The notes under the pieces: model-generated
The model's input: only the letters and a program-made list of their open reading frames with translations
Told to the model about the DNA's origin: nothing
Databases searched by the model: none
Shown here: positions 1 through 7,480 of the stretch, piece after piece
How positions within the stretch are numbered: position 1 is the stretch's first letter
Layout of the letters: the number at the start of each line of letters is the position of its first letter
Assembly: GCA_035578045.1 (NCBI GenBank)
Contig: DATJWP010000096.1
Location: 18,623-82,622 of the forward strand
Reading direction: 5' to 3'
Length of the DNA stretch: 64,000 nucleotides
From: Polyangia bacterium
GTDB lineage: Bacteria; Myxococcota_A; Polyangia; Fen-1088
Made by a program: the position numbers and the translations under genes

Positions 1-1
1 G

Positions 2-1621
2 GCCTGCGCTCACGCGAAGTTCACCGGGCAGGTCGGGGTCTGTCTGGCCACGTCGGGTCCCGGCGCGATCCACCTCCTGAACGGCCTGTACGACGCGCAG
101 CTCGACCATCAGCCCGTGGTCGCCATCGTCGGCCAGCAGGCGCGCGCCTCTCTGGGCGGCGACTACCAGCAAGAGGTCGACCTGGTCTCGCTGTTCAAGG
201 ATGTCGCGCACGAGTACGTGCACATGGCGACCACGCCGGCGCAGATCCGACAGCTGGTCGATCGCGCGATGCGCATCGCCGCCGCCGAGCGCACGGTCAC
301 CTGCGTGATCGTCCCCAACGACGTGCAAGAGATGGAGGCGGTCGAGTCGCCGCCGCGCAAGCACGGGTCGGTGTTCACCGGCATTGGCTACAGCCCGCCG
401 CGCGTCCTGCCGCGCGACGAGGACCTGAAGCGGGCCGCCGAGGTCCTGAACGCCGGTTCGCGGGTGGCGATGCTGGTGGGGCGGGGGGCACTCGGCGCGG
501 CGGAGGAGGTGGCGCAGACCGCCGACGTGCTGGGGGCGGGGGTGGCCAAGGCGCTGCTGGGCAAGGCAGCGCTGCCGGACGATCTCCCGTGGGTCACCGG
601 ATCGCTGGGCCTGCTGGGCACCAAGCCGAGCTGGGAGCTGATGATGGAGTGCGACACCCTGTTCATGATCGGCTCCGGCTTCCCGTACTCCGAGTTCCTG
701 CCGGAGGAGGGCCAGGCGCGCGGCGTGCAGATCGATCTGGCCGCCCGCCGGACCAGCCTGCGCTACCCGATGGAGGTGAACCTGGTCGGCGACAGCGCGT
801 TGACCCTGCGGGCGCTGCTGCCCCTGCTGCAACGCAAGAGCGATCGCTCGTGGCGCAAGAAGATCGAGGCGAGTGTCGCCGACTGGTGGAAGGTGCTGGA
901 GGCGCGCGCCATGCACCCCGCGAAGCCGCTCAACCCCCAGCGCGTCTTCTGGGAGCTGTCGCAACGCCTGCCCGACAACGCCATCCTGACCAGCGACTCC
1001 GGTTCGTCCGCCAACTGGTTCGCGCGCGACATCAAGATCCGGCCCGGCATGATGGCGTCGCTGTCCGGGACGCTGGCCACCATGGGACCGGGGCTGCCCT
1101 ACACCGTGGCCGCCAAGTTCGCCTATCCGGAGCGGGTGGCGGTGGCGATGGTGGGCGACGGCGCGATGCAGATGAACGGCAACAACGTGCTCATCACGGT
1201 CTCGAAGTACTGGCGCGAGTGGAAGGATCCCCGCCTGGTGGTGCTGGTGCTGAACAACCGCGACCTGAACCAGGTCACCTGGGAGCAGCGCGCGATGAAC
1301 GGCGACCCCAAGCTGAACGCCTCGCAGGAGCTGCCCGACTTTCCCTATGCGGGCTACGCCGAGGCGCTGGGGCTGGTGGGCATCCGCGTCGATCAGCCCG
1401 ACCAGATCGGACCGGCCTGGGACCGGGCGTTCCGCGCCGACCGGCCCGTGGTGGTCGAGGCGATGACCGATCCCGAGGTGCCGCCGCTGCCGCCGCACAT
1501 CACGTTCAAGCAGGCCAAGTCACTCTCGTCCTCGTTGCTCAAGGGGGACAGCGGGTGGCGCGACATGGTCCGCGAGATCTATCGCGAGATGGTGGCGACC
1601 TGGAAGCCGCACAAGGGCTGA
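2..1621 (+). CDS. ThDP-dependent pyruvate oxidase/dehydrogenase (PoxB-like), 5' end outside window
   Basis: The frame is open from the window edge; the track starts it at internal GTG 116. The translation reads GVCLATSGPGAIHLLNGLYDA..VAIVGQ. It carries the ThDP motif GDGAMQMNGNN..LNNRDL. Overall colinearity matches PoxB as I recall it. Confidence 0.85.
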   Translation, partial: ACAHAKFTGQVGVCLATSGPGAIHLLNGLYDAQLDHQPVVAIVGQQARASLGGDYQQEVDLVSLFKDVAHEYVHMATTPAQIRQLVDRAMRIAAAERTVTCVIVPNDVQEMEAVESPPRKHGSVFTGIGYSPPRVLPRDEDLKRAAEVLNAGSRVAMLVGRGALGAAEEVAQTADVLGAGVAKALLGKAALPDDLPWVTGSLGLLGTKPSWELMMECDTLFMIGSGFPYSEFLPEEGQARGVQIDLAARRTSLRYPMEVNLVGDSALTLRALLPLLQRKSDRSWRKKIEASVADWWKVLEARAMHPAKPLNPQRVFWELSQRLPDNAILTSDSGSSANWFARDIKIRPGMMASLSGTLATMGPGLPYTVAAKFAYPERVAVAMVGDGAMQMNGNNVLITVSKYWREWKDPRLVVLVLNNRDLNQVTWEQRAMNGDPKLNASQELPDFPYAGYAEALGLVGIRVDQPDQIGPAWDRAFRADRPVVVEAMTDPEVPPLPPHITFKQAKSLSSSLLKGDSGWRDMVREIYREMVATWKPHKG

Positions 1622-1624
1622 CGC

Positions 1625-4600
1625 ATGTCCACGACCCGCCCGACCGACGTCGTCCCCATCACGCGCGTGAAGCCGCGCCCAGCGCCGCGGGTCGGCGCGC
1701 CCGATCTGGACGCGCTGGCCCAGAAGCTGGCCGCCCAGCTGGACGGCGAGGTGCGGTTCGACGCCGGCAGCCTCGCGCTGTACGCGACCGACGGTTCGAA
1801 CTACCGGCAGCTGCCGATGGGGGTGGTGATCCCGCGGCACAAGACCGACGTGCTGGCCACCATCGACGTGTGTCGCGAGTTCGGCGCGCCGCTGCTGTCG
1901 CGGGGCGGCGGCACCAGCCTGGCGGGGCAGTGCTGCAACTTCGCGGTCGTCATGGACATGTCGAAGTACCTGCACGGCATCCTCGAGCTGGACGCCTCGG
2001 GACGGCGGGCGCGCGTGTTGCCCGGGACGGTGCTGGACGTGCTGCGCGGCGCCGCCAACCGCCACGACCTGACGTTCGGGCCCGACCCGTCGACGCACAA
2101 CCACTGCACGTTGGGCGGAATGATCGGGAACAACTCGTGCGGCGTGCACTCGGTGATGTCCGGGCGCACATCCGAAAATGTGGAGGAGCTGGAGGTCGCG
2201 ACATACGACGGTCTGGTGATGCGGGCGGGGCCGACACCCCCGGAAGCGCTGGACGCGATCGTGCGGCAGGGGGGGCGGCGCGCCGACATCTACGGTCGGA
2301 TGAAGGCGCTGATCGATCGCGTCGGGCCGCTGGTCCGCGCGCGCTACCCGAAGATCCCGCGCCGGGTCTCGGGCTACAACCTGGATGAGCTCCTGCCCGA
2401 GAACGGGTTCAACGTCGCGCGCGCTCTGGTCGGCAGTGAAGGGACATTGGTCACCGTCCTCGAGGCGACGGTGCGCCTGGTCCCCTGGCCGCGCGCCCGC
2501 ACGCTGCTGGTCCTGGGCTATCCGGACATCACCGCGGCGGCCGACCACGTCCCGGCAGTCCTGGAAGAGGGGCCGATCGGCCTGGAGGCGATCGATCAGC
2601 GCCTCATCGACGACATGCGCAAGAAGGGTCTGCACGATCGCTACCTGGCCTACCTGCCCGACGGCCACGGCTTCCTGATGGCCGAGTTCGGGGGCGACAG
2701 CCGGGAAGAAGCGGACGCCAGGGCCCGCGACGCGCTCGCCCGGCTGCAGGGGGCGGCGCCTCGTCCGAACGGCAAGATCTACGACGACCCCGATCAGGAA
2801 CGAAAGCTCTGGGAGGTGCGGAAGTCGGGCCTGGGCGCGACAGCGCGCATCCCGGGGGCGCCGGACAGCTGGGAAGGGTGGGAAGATTCCGCCGTCCCGC
2901 CCCACAGGATGGGCGACTACCTGCGCGAGCTGCGCCCGTTGATGCAAGCGCACGGCTATGGCGGCGCGTTCTACGGACACTTCGGTCAGGGTTGTCTGCA
3001 CACGCGCATCAACTTCGACCTGACCAGCGCTGCGGGGATAGCCAAGTACCGTAACTTCGTCGAGGAGGCCGCCGATCTGGTGATCCGCCTGGGTGGGTCG
3101 CTCTCGGGAGAGCACGGCGACGGGCAGTCGCGCGGGGAGCTGCTGGTGCGCATGTTCGGCCCCGATCTGGTCGCGGCTTTCCGTGAGCTGAAGGCGATCT
3201 GGGACCCGGCGGGGCGGATGAACCCCGGCAAGGTCGTGGATCCGTACAAGATCGACCAGAACCTGCGTCTGGGCGCCGACTACCGGGCTCGCGAGGTCGG
3301 GACGCACTTCAGCTATCCGGACGACGACGGCGACTTCGCGCGCGCCACGCTCCGGTGCGTCGGCGTCGGCGAGTGCCGGCGCGCGGAAGGCGGCACCATG
3401 TGCCCCAGCTTCCGGGCCACGCGCGAGGAGATGCACAGCACGCGCGGGCGGGCGCACCTGCTGTTCGAGATGATGCGCGGCGACCGGCTGGCCGACGGCC
3501 AGCTCGAAGGCTGGCGCGATCCACACGTTCACGAATCGCTGGACCTGTGTCTGGCCTGCAAGGGCTGCAAGAATGACTGCCCCCTCAACGTCGACGTCGC
3601 GACGTACAAGGCCGAGTTCCTGGCGCACCACTACCAGGGGCGGCTGCGCCCGGCTCCCGCCTACGCCATGGGGCTGATCCACGACTGGGCGCGCTTGGCG
3701 GCGCTGGCGCCGGGCGTCGCCAACACGCTGTCGCAAGCGCCGCTGAGCGCGCGGCTGCTCAAGCGAATCGGCGGGCTCGCGCCGGAGCGGCCCATCCCAC
3801 CCTTCGCGGCGCGGACGTTCAAGGCGCTCTGGCGCCAGCGGCCAGCGCCATCGGTTCGGGGTCCCGAGGTGCTGCTCTGGCCCGATACCTTCAACGATCA
3901 CTTCTTTCCGGGGACGCTGCTGGCGGCCGCGGAAGTGCTCGAGAGCCTGGGATATCGCGTGACGGTTCCCAGGGGCGACGTCTGCTGCGGGCGGCCACTC
4001 TATGACTTCGGGATGCTGGACCGTGCCAAGCGCCTGCTTCGCAAGGACCTGCGGGCGCTGGCCAGCGCGATCGAGGCAGGAACGCCGGTGGTCGGCCTCG
4101 AACCATCCTGCGTCTCGGTGTTCCGCGACGAGATGGTGAACCTGCTGCCGCACGACGAGGACGCGCGACGTCTGAAGAAGCAGACCTACTTCTTTGCGGA
4201 GTTCCTGACCGAGAACACTCACCCCGAACGGCTGCCCAGGTTGGCCGGCAAGGCCGCCGTCCACGGCCACTGCCACGAAAAGTCGCTGCTGGGCGGCACC
4301 GACCACGGGCGCCGTCTGCTGGAGGCCCTGGGCCTGGACGTCCAGGTGTTGCAGACCGGATGCTGCGGCCTGGCCGGCTCCTTCGGGTTCGAGCGGGGCG
4401 AGAAGTTTCGCGTCTCGCAGAAGATCGGCGAGCTGGACGTGTTCCCGAAGGTTCGCGACCTGGATGTCGACACGCTGCTGGTGGGCGACGGGTTCAGCTG
4501 CCGCGAGCAGATCGACCAGGGGACCGCGCGCCGCCCCTTGCACGTGGCCGAGGTCGCGCGGCTGGCCCTGAATGGTCACGCGAGCGCGGTGGAACCAGCC

Positions 4601-4819
4601 CGCCTGGACCCCCGCCGTCCGGCGGCCGTCGCGGCGCTGGCGCTGGCGGGGCTGGTTGCCGGGCCGCTGCTGGCGCGCGGCCGTCTTCGCGCCACGCAGC
4701 CGATCGGTCGCCGGCTGTCTGGTGGCTGGACGCGCAGGTTGCTCGGAGCTGCGCTGCTGGCCGGTGCCGGTCTGGCCGCGCTGGCCGCCTCGGTGTCGGG
4801 CGTCAGGAGGGAGCGATGA
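1625..4819 (+). CDS. FAD-binding plus Fe-S/CCG-domain oxidoreductase (YdiJ / GlcD-GlcF fusion type 2-hydroxyacid dehydrogenase)
   Basis: 1064-aa ORF that starts 3 nt after the previous stop. It has an FAD_binding_4-like GGGTSLAGQ motif, the cluster motif CLACKGCKNDCP, and two CCG motifs (DVCCGRPLY, TGCCGLAGSFG). There are two hydrophobic helices at the C-terminus. Confidence 0.85.
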   Translation: MSTTRPTDVVPITRVKPRPAPRVGAPDLDALAQKLAAQLDGEVRFDAGSLALYATDGSNYRQLPMGVVIPRHKTDVLATIDVCREFGAPLLSRGGGTSLAGQCCNFAVVMDMSKYLHGILELDASGRRARVLPGTVLDVLRGAANRHDLTFGPDPSTHNHCTLGGMIGNNSCGVHSVMSGRTSENVEELEVATYDGLVMRAGPTPPEALDAIVRQGGRRADIYGRMKALIDRVGPLVRARYPKIPRRVSGYNLDELLPENGFNVARALVGSEGTLVTVLEATVRLVPWPRARTLLVLGYPDITAAADHVPAVLEEGPIGLEAIDQRLIDDMRKKGLHDRYLAYLPDGHGFLMAEFGGDSREEADARARDALARLQGAAPRPNGKIYDDPDQERKLWEVRKSGLGATARIPGAPDSWEGWEDSAVPPHRMGDYLRELRPLMQAHGYGGAFYGHFGQGCLHTRINFDLTSAAGIAKYRNFVEEAADLVIRLGGSLSGEHGDGQSRGELLVRMFGPDLVAAFRELKAIWDPAGRMNPGKVVDPYKIDQNLRLGADYRAREVGTHFSYPDDDGDFARATLRCVGVGECRRAEGGTMCPSFRATREEMHSTRGRAHLLFEMMRGDRLADGQLEGWRDPHVHESLDLCLACKGCKNDCPLNVDVATYKAEFLAHHYQGRLRPAPAYAMGLIHDWARLAALAPGVANTLSQAPLSARLLKRIGGLAPERPIPPFAARTFKALWRQRPAPSVRGPEVLLWPDTFNDHFFPGTLLAAAEVLESLGYRVTVPRGDVCCGRPLYDFGMLDRAKRLLRKDLRALASAIEAGTPVVGLEPSCVSVFRDEMVNLLPHDEDARRLKKQTYFFAEFLTENTHPERLPRLAGKAAVHGHCHEKSLLGGTDHGRRLLEALGLDVQVLQTGCCGLAGSFGFERGEKFRVSQKIGELDVFPKVRDLDVDTLLVGDGFSCREQIDQGTARRPLHVAEVARLALNGHASAVEPARLDPRRPAAVAALALAGLVAGPLLARGRLRATQPIGRRLSGGWTRRLLGAALLAGAGLAALAASVSGVRRER

Positions 4820-5196
4820 AGAACGGAGGGGGGCTCGGCCGTCAGACCTGGGTGATCGCGGAGGGCTACATCCCGGCGCGGAGCACCGGTCCAGAGCCGC
4901 CGATGACCAGCCATGAGACCGCCTGCTTGCTCAACACGGGTGACCGCGATGCGCACGTGCAGATCACCATCTACTACGCGGGGCGCGATCCGGCTGGACC
5001 CTATCGGGTGGTGGTCCCGGCGCGGCGGACGCTGCACCTGCGCTTCAACGACCTCGACGACCCGGAGCCCATCCCGCGCGACACCGACTACTCGAGCGTG
5101 ATCGAGTCCGACGCGCCCATTGTGGTCCAGCACACGCGTCTCGACTCGCGCCAGTCGGCGGCGGCGTTGCTGTCGACCATCGCGTTCGCTCCGTGA
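4816..5196 (+). CDS. Sensory rhodopsin transducer (ASRT, PF07100-like) family protein
   Basis: The internal ATG of track ORF 4360..5196 overlaps the upstream stop (ATGA). The 126-aa product carries WVIAEGYIP, PEPPMTSHE, DAHVQITIYY, GPYRVVVPARRTLHLRFNDL, PIVVQHTRLDSRQ and LLSTIAF. These match ASRT along its full length as I recall it. Confidence 0.85.
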   Translation: MKNGGGLGRQTWVIAEGYIPARSTGPEPPMTSHETACLLNTGDRDAHVQITIYYAGRDPAGPYRVVVPARRTLHLRFNDLDDPEPIPRDTDYSSVIESDAPIVVQHTRLDSRQSAAALLSTIAFAP

Positions 5197-5209
5197 TTAG
5201 GTTGGTTCC

Positions 5210-5419
5210 ATGAGCAATCGACCTACGCCAGCGCCGCGGGACATGGTCGAAGGTGGGCCGGAGCGACCCTCGAACGGCCAGGATGAGCCCGAGGAACACG
5301 CCCCCAAGCAGGGGAACGCGCCCCTCGAACCCGACCGGGGGCACGCCCTGGACGCGCCCTCCCACCACAGCGACGATCCCTGGTACCAGCCCGAGAGCGG
5401 GTCCCTGGGTCCAGACTGA
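5210..5419 (+). CDS. Small acidic Pro-rich hypothetical protein
   Basis: 69-aa ORF with an ATG start and mostly G/C-ending codons, consistent with host coding bias. No recognisable domain. Confidence 0.35.
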   Translation: MSNRPTPAPRDMVEGGPERPSNGQDEPEEHAPKQGNAPLEPDRGHALDAPSHHSDDPWYQPESGSLGPD

Positions 5420-5498
5420 TCGCGCCCGCAACCCGTGACCCGGTCCGTCCGATGAGCTTTCGTGACGGTCGGGCCAATCACTGCGATGCTGGCGCTGC

Positions 5499-6386
5499 TT
5501 GTCAGCGTCGCGCCGGTTCTCACGGACTCTTGGCCTCTGTCTTTGCCTGGCGCTGCTGGGGTGGTGGGCGACGGCGTGGGCCGCGGGCGCGCTGCGGGTC
5601 GACTTCGTCGACGTGGGGCAGGGCGATGCCGCACTGGTGACGTCGCCCACGGGAAAGACGGTGCTCATCGACGGCGGTCCCGCGCACGGCGCCCCGGCGC
5701 TGACGGAGTTCCTGGCGGCGCGCGTGCATGGCCCGCTCGATCTGATCCTGCTCAGCCACCGGCACGAGGATCACCTGGGGGGGCTGCCGCTGGTGGTCCG
5801 GCGGATCGGCGTCCGCGTCTTCCTCGATGCGCCGGTCGCTCACGCGGGCGCCGACTACGAGGCGCTCATGCGCGAGCTGGACGCGCGCGGCGTGCCGGCC
5901 CGGCTGGCGACGCGAGGGCGGCGCATCGACCTGGGCGGTGGCGCGGTCATCACGCTGCTCGGTCCGCCGGACCCTCCGATCGTCGGGTCGCGCTCGGACG
6001 TCAACGCCAACAGCGTGGTGGCGCGATTGACGTACGGGGACGTGGCGATCCTGTTCACCGGGGACGCCGAGTCGCCCACCGAAAGCTGGCTGCTCGCCTC
6101 CGGGGCCGAGCTGCGCGCCGACGTGCTGAAGGTCGCGCACCACGGGAGCCGCTATGCTTCCGGTGTGAAGCTGCTGCGCGCGGTCCGCCCGCGGATAGCC
6201 GTGATCAGCGCGGGCGCCGGGAACGAATACGGCCATCCGGCCGCCACGACGGTCCAGCGTCTGGCGCGGGCCGGCGCGACCGTCTACCGCACCGACCTGG
6301 ACGGCGACGTGACGGTCGAGACCGACGGCGCGTCGATTCGCGTCCGCACCAGCCGTCCTCACGCCGAGGCGCTGGCCACCCCATGA
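5499..6386 (+). CDS. Secreted MBL-fold hydrolase, ComEC/Rec2 C-terminal-domain type
   Basis: Signal-like N-terminus (LGLCLCLALLGWWATAWAAG). Motifs VDVGQGDAALV, SHRHEDHLGG, FTGDAE, KVAHHGS and NEYGHP are typical of the ComEC beta-lactamase-like domain. Confidence 0.85.
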   Translation: MSASRRFSRTLGLCLCLALLGWWATAWAAGALRVDFVDVGQGDAALVTSPTGKTVLIDGGPAHGAPALTEFLAARVHGPLDLILLSHRHEDHLGGLPLVVRRIGVRVFLDAPVAHAGADYEALMRELDARGVPARLATRGRRIDLGGGAVITLLGPPDPPIVGSRSDVNANSVVARLTYGDVAILFTGDAESPTESWLLASGAELRADVLKVAHHGSRYASGVKLLRAVRPRIAVISAGAGNEYGHPAATTVQRLARAGATVYRTDLDGDVTVETDGASIRVRTSRPHAEALATP

Positions 6387-6604
6387 GCACGACGTTGTTC
6401 GTCGACGCCATCGAGGGGGGGATCGCGCGGCTGCTGGCCGGGACCGAGGCGTTCAGCGTTCCGGTCCGGCTGCTGCCGCCGGGCACCCGAGAAGGAACCT
6501 GGCTGAGCGCGAGCTTCGTGGTTGTGCCACCCCCGCCCGACCGGGGGGAACAGATCCGGCGCCGGCTGGGGCGCAACGACGACGGCGGCGACATCAAGCT
6601 CTGA
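6383..6604 (+). CDS. DUF3006-like small protein
   Basis: The ATG overlaps the stop of the MBL gene (ATGA). The N-terminus FVDAIEGGIARLL..FSVPVRLLPPGTREGTWL resembles DUF3006. As I recall, this family is commonly paired with ComEC-type MBL genes. Confidence 0.6.
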   Translation: MSTTLFVDAIEGGIARLLAGTEAFSVPVRLLPPGTREGTWLSASFVVVPPPPDRGEQIRRRLGRNDDGGDIKL

Positions 6605-6660
6605 CGGATTCCCCCGGACGCTTTACCTTCAACCTCGATGGGTTCTGAGCGAGGTGAACC

Positions 6661-7113
6661 ATGCAGCGACGAGGTTTGTTTTTTGTGGCAGCGCTGGTCT
6701 GGGGTCTGGGCGCGGCGGGATGCACGGCCTCCAGCGAGGTGATTCACGGGTTCGGAACGACGCAGACCTGGACCCTGAGCATCAGCCCGCGGGTGCCCGC
6801 GGCCAGAGGCAAGATCAGCGTGCTCGCCGGCAAGGACGGCAATCAGACGGTCGACCTGGAGGTTCAGCGGCTGGCGGAGCCGGCGCAGGTGTTCGAGGGA
6901 ACCAGCACGTACGTGGTGTGGTTGCTGCCGCCCGACGGCCCGCCCACGAACATCGGCGTGCTGCCCCTCGACATGCACCTCCGGGCCCGGCTTCAGACCA
7001 AGACCCCCTACCGGGAGTTCGACGTGGAGGTGACCGCCGAGCCCACGCCCACCGCGACCCAGCCCAGCGGCGACACCAAGGTGATGGGCGCCTCCGTGCG
7101 CCTGCCGACCTGA
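6661..7113 (+). CDS. Hypothetical lipoprotein
   Basis: 150-aa ORF with lipobox LGAAGC. No recognised domain. Confidence 0.6.
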   Translation: MQRRGLFFVAALVWGLGAAGCTASSEVIHGFGTTQTWTLSISPRVPAARGKISVLAGKDGNQTVDLEVQRLAEPAQVFEGTSTYVVWLLPPDGPPTNIGVLPLDMHLRARLQTKTPYREFDVEVTAEPTPTATQPSGDTKVMGASVRLPT

Positions 7114-7173
7114 CCGGCGCTCTGGTTTCCGCCAGTCAACGCTCAATCAAACGGCGTAACTTGGTGGACACGT

Positions 7174-7452
7174 GTGTCAAACGTCGTTGACGTCATGTCG
7201 CATCAAAGCGACGAGAGGGGCATGGAGAGGTTCGAGAACTGCGTTGGACGGAGGCGGGGAGCGGCGGGCCTGCGCACGGACGGGACGCTCGATCGCGCCG
7301 CCGAGGAGACGGCGGATCCGGCCGTTTCGTCCGCCATCGCGACCTGGATCGCTCCCCGGACGGCGGGCACCGTTTCGCTCGCGGTCGCCCTGCGCGACAG
7401 CCGCGGTGGCCTGGACGCGGTCGTGATCTCGCTGGCCGTCATCGGACCCTGA
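7174..7452 (+). CDS. Hypothetical protein (weak call)
   Basis: 92-aa ORF with a GTG start and moderate GC3. It fills the gap between convergent genes. No motif found. Confidence 0.3.
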   Translation: MSNVVDVMSHQSDERGMERFENCVGRRRGAAGLRTDGTLDRAAEETADPAVSSAIATWIAPRTAGTVSLAVALRDSRGGLDAVVISLAVIGP

Positions 7453-7480
7453 CGGCCTGGCCGGCCTCGGGCGCCGGCAG

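Noticed and set aside
589-4579. Very long ORFs in the track that overlap or run antisense to recognisable genes. Examples are 589..2388 +, 1520..4579 -, 7203..9023 -, 7556..9925 +, 11381..13795 +, 11634..13466 -, 13807..15255 -, 32083..34008 -, 34594..35928 -, 52644..54641 - and 55615..56739 -.
   Set aside because: Their translations are Arg/Ala/Pro/Gly-rich with no motifs. This is typical of shadow frames in roughly 70% GC DNA. In each case another frame at the same locus encodes a protein with clear family signatures.
4816-5196. The ASRT homolog as evidence for a photosensory system.
   Set aside because: No rhodopsin or 7-TM retinal protein is present in the 64-kb window. The operon partners are redox enzymes.
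7130-7200. Inverted repeats GTCAACG..CGTTGAC and GACAC-gt-GTGTC in the 7114..7173 gap.
   Set aside because: The repeats are short and imperfect and have no second copy or clear associated regulator. They are too weak to call as a site.
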